32,000 bases of DNA from Vibrio alginolyticus NBRC 15630 = ATCC 17749 (GCF_000354175.2 NC_022359.1:1200001-1232000), one strand, 5' to 3'. Positions 9,278-17,859 are shown, numbered from the stretch's first letter. The notes: generated by a model from the letters alone, not told the origin. Numbers and translations: made by a program.

Positions 9278-9567
9278 ATATCCAATTGACGCGTTAACCA
9301 TCAGAACCAATCGCACCACTTCCCAACCCAGTATTTTGGGCGAGCTTGCTTCGCTCAGCATTCCTCCGTTTTCCATAACCGATGAACACGTCGTTTCGGT
9401 TCTTACTTTGTAAATCTCTTCACTGCTCAGTTCTATTCCCCCAAATTTCCCACTACCGATCTCGCTTAACGCTGGCGTGCCAAATTCCAATTTCAAACGC
9501 CAGATGATGCCCATTTTCTTGGCTGTACACGCATTACTTCACTCAAACAAAAAATAAGGAAACAATT

Positions 9568-10110
9568 TTGAATAAACTCATCGTATTCTCTGGTGGTCCC
9601 GGTGCAGGGAAAAATTCGGTAATCGAACAGCTAAAAACACAAGGTTTTATCTGCGCGCCAGAAACCGGCCGTCAAATAATACAAACGCAGGTTGCCAATC
9701 ACGGTTCAGCATTACCTTGGAATGACAAACAAGCTTTTCGAGACGAAATGATGAAGGCAGAAGTGAGCAATTACCGAGCTTTCAATGTCCACCAAGGGAA
9801 TGTGTTTTTTGATCGCAGTATTGTGGACGTATATGGCTACAGTAAGTTGGAACAACTGCCAATCTCGCATGAGCTCATCACGCATTGCCAGACGCTTCGT
9901 TATCATTCTCAAGCATTCATTTTTCCACCGTGGACGTCGATATTCAGCAACGACGAAGAGCGAAAGCAAGACTTTTCTGAAGCGGTGGCTACGTATCAAC
10001 AGATGGTCAACGCTTATCACAAATTTGGTTATCAATTGATCGAAGTGCCCAAAATGTCAGTCGAAGACAGAGTAGCGTTTATTCTCGGCTCAGTCATCGA
10101 ACAAGGCTGA
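9568..10110 (+). CDS. AAA_28 / NadR-kinase-like P-loop ATPase
   Basis: 180 aa with Walker A GGPGAGKNS. TTG start with AAGGA 7 nt upstream. Confidence 0.65.
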   Translation: MNKLIVFSGGPGAGKNSVIEQLKTQGFICAPETGRQIIQTQVANHGSALPWNDKQAFRDEMMKAEVSNYRAFNVHQGNVFFDRSIVDVYGYSKLEQLPISHELITHCQTLRYHSQAFIFPPWTSIFSNDEERKQDFSEAVATYQQMVNAYHKFGYQLIEVPKMSVEDRVAFILGSVIEQG

Positions 10111-10217
10111 AAGATGATTGATGCAAACAAATGCGTAAGGCTATTGTGAGCACGACAACAATATGCGTAAAGGGAGTTATTTATACTGGATAAAATTCAA
10201 TAACTTAATTGAGTGTT

Positions 10218-11663
10218 ATGTCTTTTAAATATCTTACCTTATTGCTCGCAACGACGAGCATGAGCAGCTTTGCTGATGTAGGCCTGCCTTCGGGGGATGA
10301 TTGGTTAAACCATGTGACGAATGGCCTAGCCCCATATTGGATGATGGAAAGCGCGCATGGACAACCTGCGGGGAATTTTCCGACTTTTCGTTGTGATAAC
10401 GGTGTCATTCTCGACCCACAAAAGCCGTGTGGAGAATTAAACAAAGGGTGGATTAGCCCGCACTTCGATCGCGAATACACCCGCATGAAATCGCGCCAAA
10501 CTTACGCTTATGGCGTGCTTTTTCATCTTACGGGTGACAAGCAAGCATTAGAGCTGGCAAAGAAAGGGGCTTATTACCTGATTGATCATCTACAAGATGA
10601 GAAAAACGGCGGCTTTGTGAGCTTTACGCGTAGTGGGAAACCGGGGATGGAGTGGCAACAACGAACTTCTCAAGACCAAGCTTACGCCTTGGTGGGTTTG
10701 GCGATGTATTACTACTTGACTCAAGATCCAAAGGTCGAACAAGCGCTCATCGACCAGCAAGCGTTTATATTTAAACAATACCGACGAAGCGATGATCGCG
10801 GTCTGGCTTGGGTTTTGAAAGACGGTGATGGGGAAAGTGCGAAGCAGCAAGAGCTAGTCGCTCAACTTGACCAGATCAATGGCTATCTGTTGTTAACGGC
10901 GCCACTTTTACCACCGCCAGCGCAAGCCAAGTGGAAGCAAGATCTGCAATGGCTGACGCAAGTGATGATAGATAACTACCATTCCGTCAAAGAGCAGCGC
11001 TTTTATGGCGCGATACACCACAAAGCAGTAATGATGCCAGATGCGAAACACAATGATTTTGGACACACCATCAAGGCGTATTGGATGACGTATCTGACAG
11101 GTCAGTTGTTGGAAAATTCAAAGTGGACAGAGTTTGGTTTCAAAGGAATGAAACACACGCTTAAGCAAGCGCAATACCAGCAAAACTTTGAGCAAGTCAA
11201 AGCGCTTTTCTCACCAGAATGGCAGAGTAAATGGACGCAAGAGATCATTCCTGCTTGGCAATCAAGACCATACAAGCACTATAGCTCGTCTTGGGAATGG
11301 GCAGAGCTCGATCAAGCGGCAATGACAGTTTCTCTTGTCGATGGTTCGATGAAAGAAACGCTTCAATACACGTTACCCACTTTTATGGACGTATGGGTGG
11401 ATCATCAATATGGAGGAGTCGGTCTGAGTCCTAAGTCAACCAAAGCGTTCCATTGGGGAAATGGTTACCACCAGTTTGAACATGCGTTGGTCGGGTATTT
11501 GTACGCGCAACAAATGGCAAAACAGCCTGCCAAGCTTTACTACGCACGACCATCAGAGAGCAAAATGCCACTTAATCCGTATTACTTTAGCGCAGACGTA
11601 AAATCGTTGTCGTCACAAAGTGATGGAGTCACCATCGCGACATTCACCAATATTCGACCTTAG
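10218..11663 (+). CDS. Secreted (alpha/alpha)6-barrel protein, N-acylglucosamine 2-epimerase (AGE) superfamily-like
   Basis: Signal peptide MSFKYLTLLLATTSMSSFA/DVG. SQDQAYALVGLAMYYYLTQD and DFGHTIKAYWM resemble AGE-family repeats, recalled from memory. Start is 10218 ATG rather than 10209 TTG. Confidence 0.5.
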   Translation: MSFKYLTLLLATTSMSSFADVGLPSGDDWLNHVTNGLAPYWMMESAHGQPAGNFPTFRCDNGVILDPQKPCGELNKGWISPHFDREYTRMKSRQTYAYGVLFHLTGDKQALELAKKGAYYLIDHLQDEKNGGFVSFTRSGKPGMEWQQRTSQDQAYALVGLAMYYYLTQDPKVEQALIDQQAFIFKQYRRSDDRGLAWVLKDGDGESAKQQELVAQLDQINGYLLLTAPLLPPPAQAKWKQDLQWLTQVMIDNYHSVKEQRFYGAIHHKAVMMPDAKHNDFGHTIKAYWMTYLTGQLLENSKWTEFGFKGMKHTLKQAQYQQNFEQVKALFSPEWQSKWTQEIIPAWQSRPYKHYSSSWEWAELDQAAMTVSLVDGSMKETLQYTLPTFMDVWVDHQYGGVGLSPKSTKAFHWGNGYHQFEHALVGYLYAQQMAKQPAKLYYARPSESKMPLNPYYFSADVKSLSSQSDGVTIATFTNIRP

Positions 11664-12044
11664 GTTGGTCGATGGTGATGTGTTGGTTAAAGTCCGCGTA
11701 AAAGCCAATAAAATCCTCCGACAGCAAGTGCGACTATTAGCTATCTAGGTCTGTCACTAGATAAGCTTCAAGCAATAATGGTGCAGGTAATGCCCACGGG
11801 GCTTTTTATTCTATGACAGGTAGAGGATTCAATTTTCAGCGCGATAGGTCCATGAAAACTTAAGTGAGATTCCAATCACGTCGCATAATCTCACTAGTGT
11901 CATTGGAAATAAATGAATTGTTTCTGATACATAGAACGTATTAACATGGTTGCACTAGGCCCATATGAGTAAACTTATTGAATATACAATTTGAGAGAGA
12001 GGGTTTAGTTTTAAAAAATAACAGTTAGTTGGAATCTAGGTTAA

Positions 12045-12374
12045 ATGAAAATAAAACTATTTAAAAAGCTACAAGTTGTATTTCTTGTGGTGTCAGCATC
12101 TTTAATGGTGGGGTGTTCATCTATAGATGCGCATGCTGGTGGCGGATACGGAAAGCCGTTTTCAGGCACCGCGTTATCAGTCGCACGACAACCTTGCTAT
12201 TTAAGAGCTGATATTACTTCTATCGCGTTATACCCACTATCATTGATTGACATTCCTTTGTCGTTAGCAACGGACGTTGTGTTTCTTCCTGTTGATTTAG
12301 TCATGGTAGTTACGCCAACAACGAGTTATGGCGGTGTTGTTTCTCTAGGTTGTCCAAGCGGAAGCATGATCTAA
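12045..12374 (+). CDS. YceK/YidQ-like small lipoprotein
   Basis: Lipobox LMVGC|SS. The C-terminal IDIPLSLATDVVFLPVDL resembles the YceK (DUF1375) motif. Confidence 0.6.
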   Translation: MKIKLFKKLQVVFLVVSASLMVGCSSIDAHAGGGYGKPFSGTALSVARQPCYLRADITSIALYPLSLIDIPLSLATDVVFLPVDLVMVVTPTTSYGGVVSLGCPSGSMI

Positions 12375-12406
12375 AACGCTTATTTTATTCAAATAAATGG
12401 AAGGAA

Positions 12407-12871
12407 ATGAAAGTGGAATTAAAAAGTAACTATTCAGAATCAGAAATAAACCAGCCACCATCGGTACTTCTTGTTACGTCTCTGTTGTGTCTGGCGTCCG
12501 TTTGTTGGGCTGCATTGCTGTTGGCCATTGAATATATTGTTGGGATAGAAATGAGTGGTACAGGCTTTCTTAGCACGTTAATCCCAGCCATGAGTGTTGG
12601 TTATTACTTCGGCTACAAGACTGGAGATGTAATGCCATCAAAAACAAGATGGTATGCTGTTTTACTGTGGACTTTAGCAAGTTTGGTAGTGTTCTCTCTT
12701 ATCTTAATGTCGTTAGATATTTCTCCGTTTTATTTATTATCTGAGCTCGGTGGGGTAAGTATTTTTATTGCTATCATAATGCTAATAACGATTGGCATCG
12801 CCTACTTAATTTTAAAAAGTGGTGAGAAAATGGCGATTAGAGTATTACTCAAAGCCAAGGAAAGTCAGTAG
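12407..12871 (+). CDS. Hypothetical inner-membrane protein (4 predicted TM helices)
   Basis: There are four long hydrophobic segments. The ORF is open from 12350 (TTG). The ATG at 12407 and the GTG 6 nt later both follow GGAAGGAA. Confidence 0.5.
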   Translation: MKVELKSNYSESEINQPPSVLLVTSLLCLASVCWAALLLAIEYIVGIEMSGTGFLSTLIPAMSVGYYFGYKTGDVMPSKTRWYAVLLWTLASLVVFSLILMSLDISPFYLLSELGGVSIFIAIIMLITIGIAYLILKSGEKMAIRVLLKAKESQ

Positions 12872-12910
12872 ATAAAATACAACAAACGATTCAATTAGGA
12901 TCATGACAAG

Positions 12911-12942
12911 ACGTCAGCCATAATGTGCTGGCGTTTTAGTTT
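12911..12942 (+). terminator. Rho-independent terminator
   Basis: acgtcagc / gctggcgt is an 8-bp stem with one G-U pair and an 8-nt loop, followed by ttttagttt. Confidence 0.5.
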
Positions 12943-13104
12943 CCTGTTTGTAGGATTTTTATCTAAAAGGCAAACCCATTTATTGTGTTGTAGTTTGAGT
13001 TAATGGTTTATGCCTTGTGCGCAAGATAGCTTAGCAGGTTTATGTATCGAGAAACGTGTGTATAATTCGCCACGAATTACGATTTATAGATATGAAAGGT
13101 AAGT

Positions 13105-13611
13105 ATGGCAGTCCTCGAAATTCTCTCCATTCCAGACCCAAGGCTTAAAGTAAAAGCAGAAAAAGTCACTGATGTATCGACAGTACAAACGCTGATAGAC
13201 GATATGCTAGAAACACTTTACGCAACGGGCAATGGTATCGGTTTAGCTTCAACCCAAGTAGGCAGAAAAGAGGCGGTTGTTGTCATCGATATCTCTGACG
13301 AACGCAATGATCCTTTAATCTTGGTTAACCCAGAAGTGGTGAGCGGAGAAAACAAAGCACTTGGTCAAGAAGGGTGCCTATCTGTTCCTGAGTACTACGC
13401 AGATGTAGAGCGTTACACGTCAGTTGTTGTTTCTGCACTAGACCGTGATGGCAACCCGATTACAATCGAGAGCGATGAGTTCTTGGCGATTGTGATGCAG
13501 CACGAAATTGATCACCTATCTGGTAACTTGTTCATTGATTACCTTTCACCGTTAAAGCAAAAAATGGCGATGAAAAAAGTGAAGAAGTACGTAAAATCGC
13601 AAGCTAAGTAA
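13105..13611 (+). CDS. def: Peptide deformylase (stand-alone copy, no adjacent fmt)
   Basis: All three Def motifs are present: GIGLASTQVG, EGCLSVP and QHEIDHLSG. Confidence 0.92.
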   Translation: MAVLEILSIPDPRLKVKAEKVTDVSTVQTLIDDMLETLYATGNGIGLASTQVGRKEAVVVIDISDERNDPLILVNPEVVSGENKALGQEGCLSVPEYYADVERYTSVVVSALDRDGNPITIESDEFLAIVMQHEIDHLSGNLFIDYLSPLKQKMAMKKVKKYVKSQAK

Positions 13612-13616
13612 TATGA

Positions 13617-13650
13617 AAGGAAGTAACTCACAACCGCGAGTTACTTCCTT
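13617..13650. terminator. Strong hairpin between convergent def and merR-family genes
   Basis: aaggaagtaactc / gagttacttcctt is a perfect 13-bp stem with an 8-nt loop. Confidence 0.6.
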
Positions 13651-13683
13651 GTAAATCAAGAATAGGACGGTAGGGAGAGCGGT

Positions 13684-14091
13684 TTATCTCTGCTTTTGGG
13701 GGACATAACGCTTTACGACCTTCATAAGCCTTTGAAATGAAGAACAGTCCATATGTGACTCATGAGGGCAGGTGGCAACATGGTTTAGGCTGTCTCGCAC
13801 CGCTTTCAAACGTTTTATTTGCTCATCAATCTCAAGTGCCTTTTTCGTTAGTAAGTCACGATCGATATATGGCTTTGAAACTTCTGATTGATTCAACATT
13901 TCTGCCATTTCGTTAAGCGATATTCCAGCGATACGCCCCAAACTAATTAAATTGAGTGTATTGAGTACCTCTGGTGAATATTGGCGTCTCAATCCATTCC
14001 TTCCTATCGAGCGAATTAACCCCAGCTGTTCGTAGTACCTGAGCGTTGAAGTCGGCAATCCTGATTTTCTAACCACTTCTGCAATATCCAT
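13684..14091 (-). CDS. MerR-family transcriptional regulator
   Basis: MDIAEVVRKSGLPTSTLRYYEQLGLI is a MerR-type HTH, followed by a coiled-coil and a C-terminal CPHESHMDC. The ORF is open to 14133, but a family-typical N-terminus starts at 14091. Confidence 0.8.
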   Translation of the reverse strand: MDIAEVVRKSGLPTSTLRYYEQLGLIRSIGRNGLRRQYSPEVLNTLNLISLGRIAGISLNEMAEMLNQSEVSKPYIDRDLLTKKALEIDEQIKRLKAVRDSLNHVATCPHESHMDCSSFQRLMKVVKRYVPQKQR

Positions 14092-14102
14092 ATTATTCCC
14101 CA

Positions 14103-14133
14103 TTGACTTCAAGTTGGCTTTAAGTTGTAGCAT
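14103..14133 (+). promoter_or_regulatory. MerR-type promoter with 19-bp spacer and internal dyad, reading towards the DUF2938 gene
   Basis: TTGACT (14103-14108), a 19-nt spacer, then TAGCAT (14128-14133). The spacer holds the dyad ACTTCAAG-TTGG-CTTTAAGT, with 7 of 8 positions complementary. Confidence 0.5.
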
Positions 14134-14175
14134 GCAACTAAGACCTTAACAAATCAAAAACTTGAGGAGAGAAAA

Positions 14176-14679
14176 ATGCTGCTTTTAATGGGATTGCAAG
14201 CGGTGCTAATAGGGATTGGTGCCACTTTGATAATGGATTTATGGGCATGGTTACAAAGGAGAGTGTTTGGTATTCCTTCATTAAACTATGCGTTGGTTGC
14301 GCGCTGGGTTTTGTACATGCCCCAAGGAAAGCTTATGCATGCGCCAATTATGGCGTCAGAGGCGATGCCGGGAGAAAAGTCACTTGGCTGGTTTTTGCAT
14401 TATGCCATCGGCGTTACTTTCGCTTTGGCTCACGTTACTGTTTTTGGTCATCATTGGTTGGTAGAGCCCAGTCTAATGCCCAGCTTAATTACAGGCGTGG
14501 TAACGTTGATCTTCCCATTTTTGGTCATTCAACCTTGTCTAGGATTTGGTTTTGCTGCGAGTAAAACCCCAACACCTTGGAAAGCCCGTTTTCTTAGCAC
14601 ATTGGCGCATTTGGGTTATGGTTTGGGTTTATTCATAGCCGGGTTTGCAATCAAAGTTACGAGCCAGTATTTTGCATAG
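14176..14679 (+). CDS. DUF2938-like integral membrane protein
   Basis: 167 aa with four or five hydrophobic helices. The N-terminus LIGIGATLIMDLWAWLQRRVFGIPSLNYALVARW resembles DUF2938, recalled from memory. GAGGAGA is the SD. Confidence 0.6.
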   Translation: MLLLMGLQAVLIGIGATLIMDLWAWLQRRVFGIPSLNYALVARWVLYMPQGKLMHAPIMASEAMPGEKSLGWFLHYAIGVTFALAHVTVFGHHWLVEPSLMPSLITGVVTLIFPFLVIQPCLGFGFAASKTPTPWKARFLSTLAHLGYGLGLFIAGFAIKVTSQYFA

Positions 14680-14685
14680 ATAAAA

Positions 14686-14746
14686 TGAGCATCATGCAAA
14701 CGAGTGGCTTTTATCTATGATGCTCAACTCTTGGTTGTTTTTTGCG
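14686..14746 (+). terminator. Hairpin plus T-run downstream of the DUF2938 gene
   Basis: tgagcatcat / atgatgctca is a perfect 10-bp stem with a 21-nt loop. gttgttttttg follows within 15 nt. Confidence 0.4.
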
Positions 14747-14905
14747 CTTTGATCATAGTTGACCGATATGTCTAAAGTCTGTTGCATTTATCCAAGACGT
14801 AAAGTCGGCGGACATTTAACATTGCCTTAACGTCAGAATGGCAAGCGGTTTACCAAGAAAAACTAAAATTATCTGGTTTGACATAAAGAATATTAAGGGT
14901 TTCAG

Positions 14906-15934
14906 ATGGCTTCAAAAGTGGCAGGGATATCAATACTGAGTTTATTGGCAGCGCCAGTTGCGATGGGAGAAACAGCCAGTGCTTATGATTTATGTTTGCT
15001 AGACAAAATAAAGCAAAGCAAAGGTGAAGAAACCATAAAGAGCATTCGCGCGCAGTGTGAGCTTGACACAGTAACCAGCACAGTGCCCGCAGATCCAGAA
15101 ATTGAAGAGCCTGAAGAACTTCAGGAAAGTTTGGTCGACAAGCGTTTGGAATCAGAACGAGAAAACGCGTTCGAACCGTTTAGCCTAGTCGCGCATCGCG
15201 TTAACTATATTCTTCCGTTTACATACAGTGATCGTGTAAATAAACGCGCGTATGCCGACACCAAATACGGCGATGAACTGCGTAAGGAAGAGGCGGAGTT
15301 CCAAATCAGTTTTAAAGTACCAATGAACTATGATGACTTGTTGTTTGATGGAGATGGTCTGTTTTTTGGAATGACTCTTAAATCATTTTGGCAGGTATAC
15401 ACGGGTGCAGCATCTCGTCCATTCCGTGAAACCAATTATCGTCCAGAGCTTTTTTACTACACCCCAACAGACTGGAAACCACTTGATGGTTCGACTTGGT
15501 TAGGTTTTGGTATTGAACATGAGTCTAACGGTCAGAGACAGGAGCTATCGCGCAGTTGGAACCGTGTCTATGCCAACTTAACCTTTGCAAAAGACAATTT
15601 TGCGGTTTCTATCCAGCCTTGGTGGCGTATACCTGAAGATGAAAAGACATCGCCTAATGATCCCAAAGGTGATGATAACCCGGATATCGAAGACTATATG
15701 GGACACTTTGAGCTATCGAGTGCTTACAAGTGGAATGGTTACGAGTTTACCTTTTTAGGTCGCCAGAACTTTCAAACACATAAGGGTTTTGCAGAACTGG
15801 GTGTGTCATTTCCGATTTGGGGCAAAGTTCAGGGGTACGCACAATACTCAGCGGGTTATGGTAAGAGCTTGATCGACTATGATCATAATCAGCAGCGGAT
15901 TGGTGTTGGTATTGCAATCAACGGTGTTTTGTAG
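14906..15934 (+). CDS. pldA: Outer-membrane phospholipase A1
   Basis: Signal peptide present. Motifs include RKEEAEFQISFK and the catalytic GIEHESNGQ (HxSNG). The C-terminal beta-barrel-type sequence ends ...GVGIAINGVL. Confidence 0.8.
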   Translation: MASKVAGISILSLLAAPVAMGETASAYDLCLLDKIKQSKGEETIKSIRAQCELDTVTSTVPADPEIEEPEELQESLVDKRLESERENAFEPFSLVAHRVNYILPFTYSDRVNKRAYADTKYGDELRKEEAEFQISFKVPMNYDDLLFDGDGLFFGMTLKSFWQVYTGAASRPFRETNYRPELFYYTPTDWKPLDGSTWLGFGIEHESNGQRQELSRSWNRVYANLTFAKDNFAVSIQPWWRIPEDEKTSPNDPKGDDNPDIEDYMGHFELSSAYKWNGYEFTFLGRQNFQTHKGFAELGVSFPIWGKVQGYAQYSAGYGKSLIDYDHNQQRIGVGIAINGVL

Positions 15935-15967
15935 TTTTTCGTAGATGGATAGAAATTAACACTGGCA

Positions 15968-15981
15968 ATTGAAATTTCAAT
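15968..15981. promoter_or_regulatory. Perfect palindrome ATTGAAATTTCAAT upstream of the 16028 ORF
   Basis: 14-bp perfect palindrome about 47 bp upstream of the ATG. It is related to the 3739-3751 site. Confidence 0.25.
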
Positions 15982-16027
15982 ATTTAGAATGCGAGGCTGA
16001 AATTGATTTCTAACCTAGAGTGATTTT

Positions 16028-16486
16028 ATGCTTCGTGATTACACCTTCGATTGTCTTGTAACTATGCCTCGCCATGAGCTGGAAGAGTTTAGTGCTCGTA
16101 TGATCAGTAAAATGGTGCCAGAAGACGTGATGAATGAGCTGTTCACTTTTGATCAAGAAGAAGTGGATAGTGAAGACCGCATGTTGTCTGCACGTCTTGA
16201 TGCAATGCTACGCATGACAGCAATCGCACTGAGTGAAATTCAACAAGCGTTTGATGACTCAGACAACGCAAAGCAAAATAGCGAGCGAATGACGCGATTG
16301 GTGCTTTGGCATTTCTACGCGATCTCATTCCGTTTGGAAGAGGCCATCACGCTAGAAACACACTGTGCGCTAGTGGAAAAACTAATCGAAAATGCACCTT
16401 CGGATGTTTTTGCGTGGGTAAAAACATTGACGGAGCTGCTGCACACTTACGCTGAAATCAACGCGAAAGAGAATCCTCAAGACTAA
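16028..16486 (+). CDS. Hypothetical acidic, apparently helical protein
   Basis: 152-aa ORF followed by a strong terminator. No family recognised. Confidence 0.5.
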   Translation: MLRDYTFDCLVTMPRHELEEFSARMISKMVPEDVMNELFTFDQEEVDSEDRMLSARLDAMLRMTAIALSEIQQAFDDSDNAKQNSERMTRLVLWHFYAISFRLEEAITLETHCALVEKLIENAPSDVFAWVKTLTELLHTYAEINAKENPQD

Positions 16487-16516
16487 ACACCTGTCGTTTA
16501 TCGTTCAGTAAATTAG

Positions 16517-16551
16517 AAACAAGGCGAGCCATTTGGATCGCCTTGTTTTTT
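16517..16551 (+). terminator. Rho-independent terminator
   Basis: aaacaaggcgagcc-attt-ggatcgccttgttt followed by tttt. Confidence 0.7.
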
Positions 16552-16814
16552 CGCGTCAGATAAACCTTCGGGTTTGAAATACCAAACAAGCCTAGACTCA
16601 GATTTGTTCGTTCACTAGCGAACGGCGTGATTCCTTCTTACACTAAATCAAGGTGTTTGTTGCTAAACAAGCAAATGCATGACTAAGTCGTGTATTATTT
16701 TCCACTTAAATGCGGATAATTTATGTCGAAGAACCTTCTGGTTTTTAAATTGGAACCGACTATTGAGCGTGTACGCTTTCCAGCTGAGCTTCATCTATCT
16801 AAAGGAAGTGAACG

Positions 16815-17819
16815 ATGGATCCGTTAACGCAAGGTTTATTGGGTGCAGCTTTGCCACTGGCGGTGAGCAACAAGCGAAACCTTGCAGTTGTTGGCGTGTT
16901 GGGCGTGGTCTCTGGGATGGCTCCGGATTTAGATGTGCTAATCCGTTCTTCAACTGATCCTTTGCTGTATTTGGAATACCATCGCCAATTTACTCACTCG
17001 CTCTTGTTTATCCCGTTTGGTAGTTTCATTTGTGCTTTGTTGTTGTATCCATTGTTCGCAAAAAAGCGAGGACTAAGCTTCCGGCAGAGTTGGTTTTACT
17101 GCGCGCTTGGTTATAGTACCCATGCGTTATTAGACGCATGCACCAGTTATGGAACACAGCTTCTATGGCCGATAAGCAACACGCGTTATGCTTGGAACAC
17201 TATTTCGGTAATCGACCCCGCGTTCACACTCCCTATTTTAATATTGCTTTTGTTTGTTGCACTGAAGCGAAGCCCAAACTATGCCCGCATTGCATTTTTA
17301 TGGTGCCTGGCTTACCTAAGTCTTGGAACGATACAACGAGATAGAGCAGAAGTAGCTGGTTGGGAAATCGTCAAAGAGCGACAACACAACGCTATACAAT
17401 TAAAAGCCAAACCAAGTTTCAGCAATCTTTTGGTTTGGAAACTAATTTATGAAACGGAAGAGAGCTACTATGTAGATGCCGTAAGGGTGGGGCGTTCAAT
17501 AAAAATTTACCCTGGCGAATCAACTCCAAAGTTAAATATAAAAGAGCAATTTCCGTGGCTAAACCCGCAATCGCAACAAGCAAGAGACATCGAACGTTTC
17601 CGTTGGTTTTCAAACGGTTTTGTAGCGACGGATCCGAATAATGAAATGCGAATTGTTGATATGCGTTATTCCATCGTACCAAACCAAATTAATGCGTTAT
17701 GGGGCATCAATCTATCCCCAAAAGCCAGCGCAGACGCGCACGTTGAATACACTGCTCATCGAGGAAGTACTGCAGAAGATCGCCAAGTTTTTTTCAACAT
17801 GCTTACGGATTTTGAGTGA
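16815..17819 (+). CDS. Membrane-bound metal-dependent hydrolase, YdjM/DUF457 family
   Basis: MDPLTQGLLGAAL...HRQFTHSL...HALLDACTSYGTQLLWP is the typical DUF457 pattern. The SD is AAAGGAAG. Confidence 0.7.
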   Translation: MDPLTQGLLGAALPLAVSNKRNLAVVGVLGVVSGMAPDLDVLIRSSTDPLLYLEYHRQFTHSLLFIPFGSFICALLLYPLFAKKRGLSFRQSWFYCALGYSTHALLDACTSYGTQLLWPISNTRYAWNTISVIDPAFTLPILILLLFVALKRSPNYARIAFLWCLAYLSLGTIQRDRAEVAGWEIVKERQHNAIQLKAKPSFSNLLVWKLIYETEESYYVDAVRVGRSIKIYPGESTPKLNIKEQFPWLNPQSQQARDIERFRWFSNGFVATDPNNEMRIVDMRYSIVPNQINALWGINLSPKASADAHVEYTAHRGSTAEDRQVFFNMLTDFE

Positions 17820-17859
17820 TGGTTTTACTTTGGATGTCGATGCGGTTTCGTAATAACTA

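Noticed and set aside
9254-9514. 86-aa ORF on the minus strand downstream of mgtE
   Set aside because: It overlaps the mgtE 3' end, has a weak SD and no recognisable family features. It is treated as non-coding, and the region is flagged in a low-interest finding.
15988-15998. 11-mer aatgcgaggct shared with 21630-21640 and the homologous site upstream of paralogue 2, all just upstream of start codons
   Set aside because: In each case it is simply a -10-like (TAGAAT/TATAAT) element followed by a GAGG Shine-Dalgarno. It is short, the surrounding sequence has no further similarity, and it is most likely coincidental promoter/RBS composition.
16679-16957. 92-aa ORF overlapping the start of the YdjM-like gene
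   Set aside because: The YdjM-family frame, with a strong SD at 16802-16809 and the canonical MDPLTQG start, explains the region. The 92-aa frame has no SD and a Cys/Arg/Phe-rich sequence.
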